Part shown: positions 7,963-17,541 of the stretch, in pieces
Numbering within the stretch: the stretch's first letter is position 1
Layout: each line of letters starts with the position of its first letter
IMG/VR virus record: IMGVR_UViG_3300006990_000025
Origin: an uncultured virus (IMG/VR IMGVR_UViG_3300006990_000025)
Taxonomy: Duplodnaviria > Heunggongvirae > Uroviricota > Caudoviricetes
Length of the DNA stretch: 64,000 nt
Reading direction: 5' to 3' (one strand)
Translations under genes and position numbers: made by a program
The notes under the pieces: generated by a model
Told to the model about the DNA's origin: nothing
Seen by the model: the letters and a program-made list of their open reading frames with translations, nothing else
Database searches by the model: none

Positions 7963-8803
7963 CTTTTATTCCGTTCAATAAGTGGGCTATAACATCAACA
8001 GTCCAACCGTCACCTATTAGGTCAGTGGCCTTTGATTTAATCATAGGGAAGTGATACCAAAGAGGGATGGTTTGCATCATCTTGTACTCCCTCAAGGTCA
8101 AATCTCTTATCGTGCCGTCGTGATTGGTTACAAACTGTGTATTCCAAGCGGCATATCCTCTCGCCGTTATCGGTACGGACTTTTCACCATCAACTGCAAC
8201 ATACATTGTTTCTTTTTTCCTCTCAACAAACGCCTGTTTCTTAGCGGAGAAATTCTCTTCACGCTTTGCATGTCTATCAACAATCATGTCAATGGTTATC
8301 CCCTTATCGTCAGGCATTTTATCCATCGGTATGTTAGTCCAATACAACCTGCGTCTGTGTTGTGCTGAAACCAACTTAGAGTTGATTAGTATCGGCTCAA
8401 CGCCCATTATCTCTGTTATGATTGCTTTGTCAGCCAGTTTCATACTCGCTACATTCTCTAAGAGGAAATACTTCGGCTTAACTTCTTTCAACAACCTTAC
8501 AAAATGATAGAACAGTTTGCTCTTTTCTCCTGTCAGCCCTGCCCTGCCCTTCATGTTAATGAAAGACAAGTCTTGACAAGGAGAGCCACCCATGAGCAAA
8601 TCTATTTTTGGTAAATCCTCGCCCTTGAGTTCTCTCACATCTCCAACATGTATTGTGTCAGGGAAATTATGCTGCGTGGCAGCGATAGCATGTTTCTTTA
8701 TCTCGCTCGCATAATAGTTATTATACTCAATACCTGCCTTATGCAAAGCCAACTGACCGCATGACAATCCATCAAACAAACTCAAAATATTTTCTAATAT
8801 CAA
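7952..8803 (-). CDS. DNA (cytosine-5) methyltransferase
   Basis: Motif I LSLFDG, motif IV GGSPCQ, motif VI ENV, motif VIII SAQHRRRLYW, motif X GDGW. Confidence 0.95.
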   Translation of the reverse strand: MILENILSLFDGLSCGQLALHKAGIEYNNYYASEIKKHAIAATQHNFPDTIHVGDVRELKGEDLPKIDLLMGGSPCQDLSFINMKGRAGLTGEKSKLFYHFVRLLKEVKPKYFLLENVASMKLADKAIITEIMGVEPILINSKLVSAQHRRRLYWTNIPMDKMPDDKGITIDMIVDRHAKREENFSAKKQAFVERKKETMYVAVDGEKSVPITARGYAAWNTQFVTNHDGTIRDLTLREYKMMQTIPLWYHFPMIKSKATDLIGDGWTVDVIAHLLNGIKDDK

Positions 8804-8910
8804 TCTATCAAATCCAGTAAATCGTTAAACGGTTTGTTCCAGTCACAAATAGAACAGAGTTCCTTCTTTTCGTCTGTTAATTCAGCCTTACATTCTTTAC
8901 ATTTTTTCAT
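8800..8910 (-). CDS. 36-aa Zn-finger protein (MKKCKECK...CSIC), not in ORF track
   Basis: Open frame with two CxxC motifs; overlaps both flanking methyltransferase genes by 4 nt (ATGA/TTGA coupling). Confidence 0.65.
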   Translation of the reverse strand: MKKCKECKAELTDEKKELCSICDWNKPFNDLLDLID

Positions 8911-9833
8911 TTCATTTCCTCCAATATGTGAACAATAGTATCAACATTCCAACCGTTGCCTAACATCTTAAAACGCTGATTATCGGACACCGACGCAGTA
9001 TAACCGTCAGGTAAAGTCTGCAACCTTTCAGCCTCAACCGCAGTAAAATAACGCCAGTCCACGCCTTGTTCTAAATCAACAAAGGCGTTTGGTATTCTCG
9101 CTTTAGGTGGCTTATTTGAAATCATAGAGTCTTTTTGCACCGTCGTTAAGCAGTATGCCTTATCCTCTCCATCTTTCACATGAAGGGATTGAGTATAAGG
9201 AACATCGGGGTTGTCATCCTCTCGCTTGCCAGTTAGGGGATTGATTTTCCTACCTGTTATGTATGAGGCAGTCCATGTCTTGTCCTTTTCCAACACATCA
9301 CTTAGAGTAATGCCCCTGTCTTTGGGTTGTGATAATTCCCAGTTCGCCCAATACATTCTCTTCCGTTCCTGTGCTGAAACTAACTTAGAATTGATTAGAA
9401 CGCCTTCCACGCCCATATTGTCATCAATAACCTTAGTCCACGCCTTACGGCTCATTAGGACATTCTCTAACAAGAAATACTTCGGCTTGTAGTGATTGAT
9501 AATATCAACAAAATCAAAGAACAACTTACTTCGTGGGTCATCAAAGTTTAGGTGCTTACCTTGATTGGCAAATCCTTGACATGGTGAACCACCCAAGATA
9601 ATGTCAATATCGGATAAATCCCATTCTCGCCAGTTCTTCACATCTCCCAAATGAATAATATCATCGTAGTTGCTCTGTGCCACCTTGATACAATGCTTGT
9701 CTATCTCGCTCGCATAATACTTACCAACGGGAATACCTGCCCTCTCCAATGCTACTCGACCACATGCCATGCCGTCAAACAAAGATAAGGCATTCAATGG
9801 TTTCTGTATCATCCAATTCCATTCGGGCTTCAT
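8907..9833 (-). CDS. DNA (cytosine-5) methyltransferase
   Basis: Motifs LSLFDG, GGSPCQ, ENV, SAQERKRMYW, EAERLQTLPDGYT and GNGW. Confidence 0.95.
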   Translation of the reverse strand: MKPEWNWMIQKPLNALSLFDGMACGRVALERAGIPVGKYYASEIDKHCIKVAQSNYDDIIHLGDVKNWREWDLSDIDIILGGSPCQGFANQGKHLNFDDPRSKLFFDFVDIINHYKPKYFLLENVLMSRKAWTKVIDDNMGVEGVLINSKLVSAQERKRMYWANWELSQPKDRGITLSDVLEKDKTWTASYITGRKINPLTGKREDDNPDVPYTQSLHVKDGEDKAYCLTTVQKDSMISNKPPKARIPNAFVDLEQGVDWRYFTAVEAERLQTLPDGYTASVSDNQRFKMLGNGWNVDTIVHILEEMK

Positions 9834-10177
9834 TGTTTCACATCGGGTTCGGGCATACGGGTCAGTATGTAGTCAGCCTTGTTCACATTGTATAATAAAC
9901 TTCTGACGATTTCCCTACAAGCAGGGTCAATCAAACTCTTCATAGCCTCTTCACAAGCGTTACCTATTGCATCAAATGACTGTAAGATAGCCATGCGCTC
10001 TGTCATGGGCTTGTAGTCCTCTGTAAAGGCCGTAGGATTGGCTTTAATGGTGTTGTTCACCAAGTCAGCGAGAAATTCACCATGACTATCCCATTCTTCT
10101 AACATTCTTTTGATACCATCTCTATGCTCGTCAGTATCGGCCAACTTTATCATTTGCTCATAATCAACTCTGCTCAT
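9830..10177 (-). CDS. hypothetical protein
   Basis: Helical ORF; start moved to Met8 based on the TAGGTG promoter spacing. Confidence 0.7.
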   Translation of the reverse strand: MSRVDYEQMIKLADTDEHRDGIKRMLEEWDSHGEFLADLVNNTIKANPTAFTEDYKPMTERMAILQSFDAIGNACEEAMKSLIDPACREIVRSLLYNVNKADYILTRMPEPDVKQ

Positions 10178-10221
10178 GTGCATACACCATGCACACACCT
10201 ACATATAATAACTGGAAATAT

Positions 10222-10542
10222 TCAGTTTGAATGATTCTTTAAGTGGTCAATGAGAACCGCTTTAGTGCCTTTTGTATCAAGGTCATATTTCTCACAAAGA
10301 GCGACCAATTCAGCCTTCTTCATTTTCTTAAGGTTGTTGAGGTTGAGTTCTTCCTTAAAATCTTCTATTTCATCAATGACTTCTTCCGCTTCTTCAATCA
10401 GGTCTTTTACTTCGCTAAGTGAAAGAACCCCATCTTCTAACGCTTCGTCAATTTGAGGTTTGAGTCTAAGATATTGTTTGTAGCCGAATGCTATTACTGC
10501 TATTGCTATTCCCAAATACAATGCTATCGTGGTTGAATCCAT
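10222..10542 (-). CDS. membrane-anchored SAP/HeH-domain protein
   Basis: N-terminal TM helix (IALYLGIAIAVIAFGY), acidic coiled coil, C-terminal LKKMKKAELVALCEKYDLDTKGTKAVLIDHL matching the SAP motif. Confidence 0.75.
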   Translation of the reverse strand: MDSTTIALYLGIAIAVIAFGYKQYLRLKPQIDEALEDGVLSLSEVKDLIEEAEEVIDEIEDFKEELNLNNLKKMKKAELVALCEKYDLDTKGTKAVLIDHLKNHSN

Positions 10543-10878
10543 GATTGGGGCTACTATGTTATCACTTAAAATCTTATTGAAGTCCTTCTCCATGATTTGC
10601 ACTAAGGCTACACCTATAATTACCTATTGGAATCAATAAGGCTTGCTCCATTGTTTTGCTTGTTTAATCATACAGTTCAGGCACATATCACTAATTTTTG
10701 TAAGTTTAAAACATTCTTGTTGGCAATCTTCCGCTTCTTCCATGTATTATCAAAAACAGTCACGGCTAATTATGATTAGGTTCTTCCTTTTTCACTTGTT
10801 TTTTCTTAAAAATACTGTTAGTCACAATCTGTTTATCCATAACTTCTTTAATATATTCATCTAACCATTTATCCATAT

Positions 10879-11067
10879 TTAACTCTCCAAAAACGCTTTT
10901 ATTTCATCGGAACTCATTTCGGCCAAGTCCGAAGGCCACATATCGGGACTAATACCATAAACGCCTTTTGAAAACCAAAAAACGGGTTGTTCTCCATCAG
11001 CCCCACTATCAATGTGCGACCAATCCTCATCAGGGTATCGTGCTTCCAATTTTGCTTTTATGTTCAT
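10879..11067 (-). CDS. small hypothetical protein (possible fibre chaperone)
   Basis: 62 aa ORF coupled (ATGA) to the tail fibre gene. Confidence 0.55.
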   Translation of the reverse strand: MNIKAKLEARYPDEDWSHIDSGADGEQPVFWFSKGVYGISPDMWPSDLAEMSSDEIKAFLES

Positions 11068-13271
11068 GATGTGGACACTCCTATTCGTGTGATTGTGACA
11101 TTGGTTCGATTGTTGTCAAAGGCTTTTACGGTAAAAGCCGCACCATTGACATAAGGAATAACATATAACTTTTCATCCGAACCTGTGCTTGCTACATCAA
11201 TAATGACGGTTTTTTGCATATTAACCGCCGAATCAGCCGACGATGGAGAGGGGGCACGCTTCATTCTAAAAGTTCCCCAATTTCTCCGTTGAGGGTTGTT
11301 TGATGTTCCGTTGCCTAATTGTAGCCAAAAATCCTGTGCGGCAGTATTAGCACCTGTAAATACTTCAACAGAAGCGACGACCATGTACATTCCGCCCGCT
11401 TTTAGAAGCACATAATCTTGGGCGGCGGCGGTTGCGATGATGTTTGTTGTGTTGCCTGTGTTGGAGAAATCACCTGTGTTTGCCAAGTCAAGAAAATAGT
11501 TCGTTCCCGAACTTTGAGTTGCTAATGCATTGTTTGTAAGAGCAAGGCGCACATGTTCAAACGGACTTGCCAAACCATCTAATTTTGCTTCTTGTGCATC
11601 GGTCATAAACCGTTTGTTGCTTGCATCGGTCATGTTTGTAGTGGTAAAGTTTGGTGATGCTCCAATTGAGACTGATTGATTTATTAAGTTAAGTTTAGTT
11701 TTATCCACCGCCGACATAGACCCTGCCGTGATTGGTGTTGCCGCACTGATACCGATAGTACCTGTGGTAGTAATTGTTCCACCTGTAATCGGTGCAGTAG
11801 TAGCAATAGAAGTAATTCCCGAACCACCACCACCTGTCGCAGTCAATGTTGAGCCTGTCAAAGACAACCCGCTACCAACTGTCAATGCGCCTACATCACC
11901 GTTTGCATCAGCGTGTAAGATTGCGTTAGTTGTAGTTAGGCTCAATACCCCTGTTAGGTCAAGGGTAGGCTCTCCTTCAACTGCGGCAATAGCCATAGCG
12001 TCAGTATATTGTGTAATAGTTGAAGCAATAGTGATAGTATCTGGTGTGCCACCTGTCGTCGTTATTCCCGCCCCTGCCGCTAAAGTCAAGGTATTCCCGT
12101 TGGTAATTGTTTGATTTGCCCCTGCTGACCCTGCTATATCGAAAGAAGTCATACCTAATATTCCGCTTGAGGCCGTAGTAATTTGCCCTTGACCATTGAC
12201 TGTAATATTAGCATTAGTGTAATTACCTGCGGTAACACCTGTATTCTCTATGTTCAATGTTACTGTATCTGGTGAAGAAGTAACGCTTGCTAATCCTTTT
12301 CCACCTGCTATTGTAACTGTTGATTGATTGCCTACTAATTGATTACCTCCGGTATCGCCTGTAATAAGCCAACCTGTGAAACCTGCTAAACCATTACTGG
12401 CCGTAGTAATTCTTCCTTGAGCATCAACAGTTATGCTGGCATTGGTGTATGAAGTGGCAGTCACGCCTGTATCAATGAGTTTAAGAGTAATTGTATTTGG
12501 TGCAGTTGTTGTTGATAAGATTTGATTCGCAGTTCCGGCTACAACAAAAGTTTCACCGTTTGTTATTGTTTCATTTGACCCTGCATCACCGCCTACATCA
12601 AAAGAAAGAATGGGTGTAGTGCTTGCGATAGTGGTTATCTGTCCTTGAGCATTGACTGTGATATTCGGTGTCGTATATGCACCGGCAGTAATTCCTGTAT
12701 TGCCTATATCGAGAGTAATAATCCCCGTAGCCGACGCTACGCTATCTAGTCCTTTTCCTCCTTTAATCTGTAAATCATTATTGGTTGCATCTATTGTTTG
12801 GTCTGTTCCTGTATCGCCTTTGGCTACAAAAGAAGCCAAGCCACCTGTACCACCTGCCACCGACAAATCAATAGTTCCGCTTCCGGTTACTGGATTAGTG
12901 CCTGTCAGGGTCACGCTTCCATCTGTTGAAGAAAGTCCTATGCTTGTAACTGTTCCGCTTCCGCTTCCGCCTTGTTGATTGACCCATTGGGTATTGTAGT
13001 TTGTACCGTCTATCTTAGCCAATACCTGTCCTGTTGCACCACCTGCCGGAACTCCTACACCTGCCTGTCCTGTTGCCCCTGTTGCCCCTGTTGTTGTGGT
13101 AATAGTGGTACTAACACCTGTTGAGGTTGTTTCCTCAAAGACACCTGCTATCTTGGCCTTTCTAACTAATTCGGGGTATGTGTCATCAGTAAAAACAAGA
13201 ACATTTTTCAACTTGAGTCTTGCTTTTAAGGCAGTCGGAGAGTTGTCAGGATTACCTGCTCTGTCGGGCAT
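11064..13271 (-). CDS. tail fibre / spike protein
   Basis: Gly/Thr-rich; three G(I/V)TAxxYTxxxITV(N/D)xQGxITTxxS repeats; VPAGGATGQVLAK motif common in phage fibres; C-terminal beta-sandwich-like domain. Confidence 0.8.
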   Translation of the reverse strand: MPDRAGNPDNSPTALKARLKLKNVLVFTDDTYPELVRKAKIAGVFEETTSTGVSTTITTTTGATGATGQAGVGVPAGGATGQVLAKIDGTNYNTQWVNQQGGSGSGTVTSIGLSSTDGSVTLTGTNPVTGSGTIDLSVAGGTGGLASFVAKGDTGTDQTIDATNNDLQIKGGKGLDSVASATGIITLDIGNTGITAGAYTTPNITVNAQGQITTIASTTPILSFDVGGDAGSNETITNGETFVVAGTANQILSTTTAPNTITLKLIDTGVTATSYTNASITVDAQGRITTASNGLAGFTGWLITGDTGGNQLVGNQSTVTIAGGKGLASVTSSPDTVTLNIENTGVTAGNYTNANITVNGQGQITTASSGILGMTSFDIAGSAGANQTITNGNTLTLAAGAGITTTGGTPDTITIASTITQYTDAMAIAAVEGEPTLDLTGVLSLTTTNAILHADANGDVGALTVGSGLSLTGSTLTATGGGGSGITSIATTAPITGGTITTTGTIGISAATPITAGSMSAVDKTKLNLINQSVSIGASPNFTTTNMTDASNKRFMTDAQEAKLDGLASPFEHVRLALTNNALATQSSGTNYFLDLANTGDFSNTGNTTNIIATAAAQDYVLLKAGGMYMVVASVEVFTGANTAAQDFWLQLGNGTSNNPQRRNWGTFRMKRAPSPSSADSAVNMQKTVIIDVASTGSDEKLYVIPYVNGAAFTVKAFDNNRTNVTITRIGVSTS

Positions 13272-13567
13272 TACTCCACCCCATCATCTTCAATGTAACA
13301 ATCAAAAGAATATTTGTCGCCTTTGAAAATCATAGCAGGGTGTTGCCTATCAATCTCAATAGCCTTATTATCTAAACCAAGCATTGTGTCTATGAACTTT
13401 TCAACATCTCCATCTGGTGCGGGGATTGACTTACTATCGCCTTTAATATCAACCTGCCATTCTCCATCGAGTTCAGTTATTCTAACTGTTTTCTTAATTC
13501 CAAAAGCATGTGCTTGATAACCTGTCAAAACGCTACCGTGATTGCTTTTTTCAATCCAAACCATCAT
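13271..13567 (-). CDS. hypothetical protein
   Basis: 98 aa ORF in a tightly coupled operon. Confidence 0.65.
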   Translation of the reverse strand: MMVWIEKSNHGSVLTGYQAHAFGIKKTVRITELDGEWQVDIKGDSKSIPAPDGDVEKFIDTMLGLDNKAIEIDRQHPAMIFKGDKYSFDCYIEDDGVE

Positions 13568-13571
13568 GTTA

Positions 13572-14000
13572 TCATTCCCATTGTTCTTTAAATGTTTTTG
13601 AATACTTAGATGAGCCGTTCCACTGGATAGGTGCGGGTTGTTTTTGTCTAAACTCGTTTATCTCATCTTCCATTGTTGAACATTTATTCAAATGTCTAAA
13701 TAATGTTTCAATCAAATCTAACGGGTTGTAGTCACTGCCCTTTGAAACTTGTATTTTGCCTTCACCTTCATAATCTCTAAAGTGAAAAGACCAAGTGCCA
13801 CTAGCACTTGTAATAACTGATATTGCGGGTTCAGCATCTAAGCAGTCAGGCGTAAAGCCCGACATACCCATACCGCCTTTACCCGACACTAACCAAGTAA
13901 TACTAATTGGTATTTCGTCGTCTGTCATATAACCCATGCCTACCCATATTGTGAACTGGTTATTGACTATAACCTTTCTATGGGGGATATGGTTTGCCAA
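13572..14000 (-). CDS. hypothetical protein
   Basis: 142 aa ORF in the same operon. Confidence 0.65.
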   Translation of the reverse strand: MANHIPHRKVIVNNQFTIWVGMGYMTDDEIPISITWLVSGKGGMGMSGFTPDCLDAEPAISVITSASGTWSFHFRDYEGEGKIQVSKGSDYNPLDLIETLFRHLNKCSTMEDEINEFRQKQPAPIQWNGSSKYSKTFKEQWE

Positions 14001-14182
14001 CCGTCATCGTCGGGTTGGTATGCTATCATAATTTCTTTTGGTGAAATTCTAATGTCAAGTGGTGTTTTCTTTCTATCGTATGCTTCATGCCATGCTGACT
14101 GCATAGCCTCCTTCAATGAACCTTCATGCTCTAATTGAACATGTTCATTTCCAAAGTCAATGAAAATAAAGTATTTCGTCAT
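13967..14182 (-). CDS. hypothetical protein
   Basis: ATG downstream of the TTCATATAGGTG promoter (14202-14213). Confidence 0.65.
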   Translation of the reverse strand: MTKYFIFIDFGNEHVQLEHEGSLKEAMQSAWHEAYDRKKTPLDIRISPKEIMIAYQPDDDGWQTISPIERL

Positions 14183-14216
14183 ATTAACACCTTACTTATG
14201 CACCTATATGAAGCAT

Positions 14217-14894
14217 TTACTCTCCTTTGTGTTTTAGTTTTTTATTACGCAGTAATTTATTCCATTTTTCACCCTCTGGTGTTTGTAAAAATTCGTTATG
14301 AATAGCAATACGCTTTCTATGCGCAGCGATTCTAGTTTCGCCTCTTGGAGTTCCTAATTGTGACCGTATCATTTTCCCATTCTCATCTCTTGGGTTCTGT
14401 GAATGTTTTATTCCCTCCTTCCATACCTTTCTCTGTTGAGCGGTTCTAATCTTCAAACCACCAAGAGCCAAAGATATTTCTTGATTCGCTTCGCCCATAG
14501 ACCATTTCCTGTTTGCTAATTCTTCCTCCGAACCACATAGAGCAAACCATATGCCTTCTGTTTGAAGTCCATACAAAACTATTCCAAAGTTCATTTGTAA
14601 TTCTCTTTCAGCCTTAGTTAGAGCCATGCGCTCATCGGCTGATTGAATAACTGGAATCCAACTAATATTGCTTGACTCTTGCTCATCACTTTCATTCAAA
14701 AGCCATTGAACCTTGTCGGTCAAAGTTGTTATTCCTTTATACAAATTGATATTAGAATGAACAAAAGTCATTACCTCTCCGTTGTGTATTATACCACATC
14801 GGATGAGCCAATACTCATCTCCTTCGTCGTCTTGTTGCTTTAAAAATAATAGATAGGAATCATTCTTCTTCATTGTCAGGTTCATTGGGTTCAC
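14217..14894 (-). CDS. hypothetical protein
   Basis: 225 aa ORF with a basic C-terminus. Confidence 0.7.
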   Translation of the reverse strand: MNPMNLTMKKNDSYLLFLKQQDDEGDEYWLIRCGIIHNGEVMTFVHSNINLYKGITTLTDKVQWLLNESDEQESSNISWIPVIQSADERMALTKAERELQMNFGIVLYGLQTEGIWFALCGSEEELANRKWSMGEANQEISLALGGLKIRTAQQRKVWKEGIKHSQNPRDENGKMIRSQLGTPRGETRIAAHRKRIAIHNEFLQTPEGEKWNKLLRNKKLKHKGE

Positions 14895-15207
14895 TCTCTA
14901 ACCGTTCCAAATCGCACACCTTCATATAAAGTGCGGTCTTTCTCGCCTGTCCTTGAATAAGACCTGCTTCTTCCTGCATCATTCTTGCTACCATAGGAAC
15001 ATCTTTTCCTACTTCAACAATGACTCCTTCACGGACAAATTTCTTTATCGCATTTCCTAACTCTCTTGTAGTTGGCATTCTTTTTATCCTTGCTCTTTTC
15101 CAAGTATCAATCAAATCCGCTACTGTGAACGGTCCGTTAATGTGGTTATCGAGTATATGCTGAATCATTTTGATTCGGTGTACTCCTTTACTACTTCCTC
15201 TCGCCAT
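14860..15207 (-). CDS. winged-helix DNA-binding protein, putative
   Basis: PFTVADLID...PTTRELGNAIKKFVREGVIVEV pattern is typical of wHTH; GGAGG ribosome-binding site. Confidence 0.55.
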   Translation of the reverse strand: MARGSSKGVHRIKMIQHILDNHINGPFTVADLIDTWKRARIKRMPTTRELGNAIKKFVREGVIVEVGKDVPMVARMMQEEAGLIQGQARKTALYMKVCDLERLESEPNEPDNEEE

Positions 15208-15209
15208 AA

Positions 15210-15413
15210 TTATTCCTCCTGTGTAAAACCACTTTCTCTAAGTTGTCTAATTAGTTCTTCCGAATCTCCAATGTTTCTTAGTTCATTACTAACAATTGCC
15301 ATTATACTTCTAATTATACCTACTGCATACGGGTTATCGTCAAAATCCTCAACAATATCTCCACCATCTAATGTGTCGCTTATCTCTTCTAATACTATTC
15401 TAAAACTCATCAT
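15210..15413 (-). CDS. hypothetical protein
   Basis: 67 aa ORF with a GGAGG ribosome-binding site. Confidence 0.6.
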   Translation of the reverse strand: MMSFRIVLEEISDTLDGGDIVEDFDDNPYAVGIIRSIMAIVSNELRNIGDSEELIRQLRESGFTQEE

Positions 15414-15546
15414 TCTTCCTCCAAGATTTCAGGTTCAATTTTCTGTCCTTTCAATATCGCTTTAGAGTATTTCGCTCTAAACCTTGCCATTTTCGCTTGC
15501 TTTTGTCTGCTTCGCATGACCTATCGTTAGCACATCACCTATATAA

Positions 15547-16338
15547 TCATTCCGCATGAAGAATCTCATATATCCTTTCAGCAGTTTTTTCACCAACGCC
15601 GTCTATCTTTTGTAAGTCCTCAACGCTTGCTTGGGATAATATGCTCAAAGATGGGTAGTTCTCAACAATAATCCTGCGTAGTTTTCTTCCTATTTTAGGG
15701 AATGACTCAATAATAGCATTCCTGTATTCCTGTGGCTTAGGTGATTTAGGTCGTGGTACATACAATCTGGCATGGTCGTCATCAATCTTATCCATCACTT
15801 TACGCACGATTACTGCCGCATCATACTTGTCACCAATGAATATAGGTGGATAGCCAACCGCACATAAACTGGCTATGAACCCCGTCAGCACTTGTTCGCT
15901 AACTCCCCTGTGGATTACCTCTTCCTTGATTTCATCGTAAGACTTTGTGACTATCAAATAGGAAAACTCTGCCTCTTCACGCATAGCCCCCAACTGGCGC
16001 AGTCGCCTATCATCAAACAAACTATCCATGAAGTCATCTTCCTTCCTCTCGACGCTGACGCTTTTTCCTGACATATCTCCCTCTCCGGTTTTCAAATGCA
16101 CTACTTCAAATCCTAACTGGCTGAAATACGCTACCATGAGAGGGTGTTCTCTGTGGTCTATTCTCCTTCGGCGGCTCAACAGTTCATTGAGAATACTATC
16201 CCCAACTGTTTCACGCATTACATTATCAAAATCCATAACCCTAAGCAAGGCTAATTTATTCCCCAAAGTTCCTTTCTCCAACAAATCTAAAACCTTTGAG
16301 GGGTCATCTTTAATCAAGTCCATTCTTTTTATTCTCAT
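15547..16338 (-). CDS. ERCC4/XPF-family structure-specific nuclease
   Basis: GD...VERKEDDF matches the ERCC4 GD-ERKxxxD motif; C-terminal tandem HhH (FPKIGRK, IDGVGEKTAERI). Confidence 0.9.
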   Translation of the reverse strand: MRIKRMDLIKDDPSKVLDLLEKGTLGNKLALLRVMDFDNVMRETVGDSILNELLSRRRRIDHREHPLMVAYFSQLGFEVVHLKTGEGDMSGKSVSVERKEDDFMDSLFDDRRLRQLGAMREEAEFSYLIVTKSYDEIKEEVIHRGVSEQVLTGFIASLCAVGYPPIFIGDKYDAAVIVRKVMDKIDDDHARLYVPRPKSPKPQEYRNAIIESFPKIGRKLRRIIVENYPSLSILSQASVEDLQKIDGVGEKTAERIYEILHAE

Positions 16339-17495
16339 TTCTTAGTCCACTTCCTTTTTATTATTTTTCTTGGGTTAATATCCCCAAAGTCAATGAATTT
16401 AGGACATGCGCTACCGACACAACACCCATCTTTCTTGAGCGTGGTGCAATTTGCTACCGATGAATAACGGGGGTCGTCAAAGATTGTAGCCATTTGATAC
16501 CGCCTATGTTCTCCGTTGTGTAAATCCACATATCCCATTTGTGTTCCTAATTGTAGCCATACGGCTTCTAATTGCTCTTGGGTCATATGGAGAGTCTTAG
16601 CAAACATAGCCGTGTGGAAGCGTGCTTTATGAGCCGGATTACGCCGCTTGAGTTCATTGACAACTCCCATACATTTCTCATTTAACGATTGTAGGAAAAC
16701 GGAAGTTTCGGACTTGGTATCGGTAAATCCAAACTCCGTATCTATGACTGGCTTCAACTCGGTTTCCGGTTTATGCAACTTAACATCAATCAATGAAATA
16801 AATTCCCTGAGCGTTAGTTTATCTCCTTCACACTTTGGTATAAAGTATCGAGGCCGATAACTTCTATTGACAATTTCATCATGACCTATTGTTTCCAATT
16901 TCCTGATTGGAACTGGCATGGCATATCTTCCCGACACCTTTCCATCTTTATTCACATGGCGAGTATATGGCATTCGGCATAATCGCTTTGGGTCGCCTGT
17001 TGTCTGTTCATCCAATGTATTCAACCCCAATGTATGCTTTAGATGAGTTTGTGTTTGATTGACTAAGTTCTTCAACGCTTCACTTGAACCGTCTTTATGG
17101 TCGAATTTGAATCTAGTCGGCTTATGCAGGACAAATAGATGATAGCCCTTGCTACCGCTATATTGCACCCAATGAGCCACATTTATTCCCGATAGATACT
17201 GTGACAACCGTTGAGCATCAGCAAACGCATTCTCCGGCTTTGATGGATGGTCGAAGTCAAAGAAGGTTAGGCCATAAATAATAGACTTCGGAACTTGTTT
17301 TCCAAAGTCAAAGGTTAGGTTGTCATATCCGGCAGTTGAAATAAAACAAGAGTTCTCACCCTCCCAACTTACAAATTTTCTATACGCTTGTTCTGTTGCA
17401 TAAACAAACTGTTGTCTTGGGTTGCCTACCGCTCTTGGATAATGTGCAAAGCCCAACTGCTCACAAAGAGTATCAACTCTATCTGGCGTAAGCAT
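16335..17495 (-). CDS. archaeo-eukaryotic primase, PriS-PriL fusion
   Basis: AEP motifs FFDFD, YSGSKGYH and D..RLCRMPYT; C-terminal KCM...HKARF...NCTTLKKDGCCVGSAC resembles the PriL Fe-S domain. Start moved to Met8. Confidence 0.85.
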   Translation of the reverse strand: MLTPDRVDTLCEQLGFAHYPRAVGNPRQQFVYATEQAYRKFVSWEGENSCFISTAGYDNLTFDFGKQVPKSIIYGLTFFDFDHPSKPENAFADAQRLSQYLSGINVAHWVQYSGSKGYHLFVLHKPTRFKFDHKDGSSEALKNLVNQTQTHLKHTLGLNTLDEQTTGDPKRLCRMPYTRHVNKDGKVSGRYAMPVPIRKLETIGHDEIVNRSYRPRYFIPKCEGDKLTLREFISLIDVKLHKPETELKPVIDTEFGFTDTKSETSVFLQSLNEKCMGVVNELKRRNPAHKARFHTAMFAKTLHMTQEQLEAVWLQLGTQMGYVDLHNGEHRRYQMATIFDDPRYSSVANCTTLKKDGCCVGSACPKFIDFGDINPRKIIKRKWTKK

Positions 17496-17541
17496 GTCTA
17501 ACTGGGCTACTAACACCTATTTAGACTTCTTTCTTTAATCG

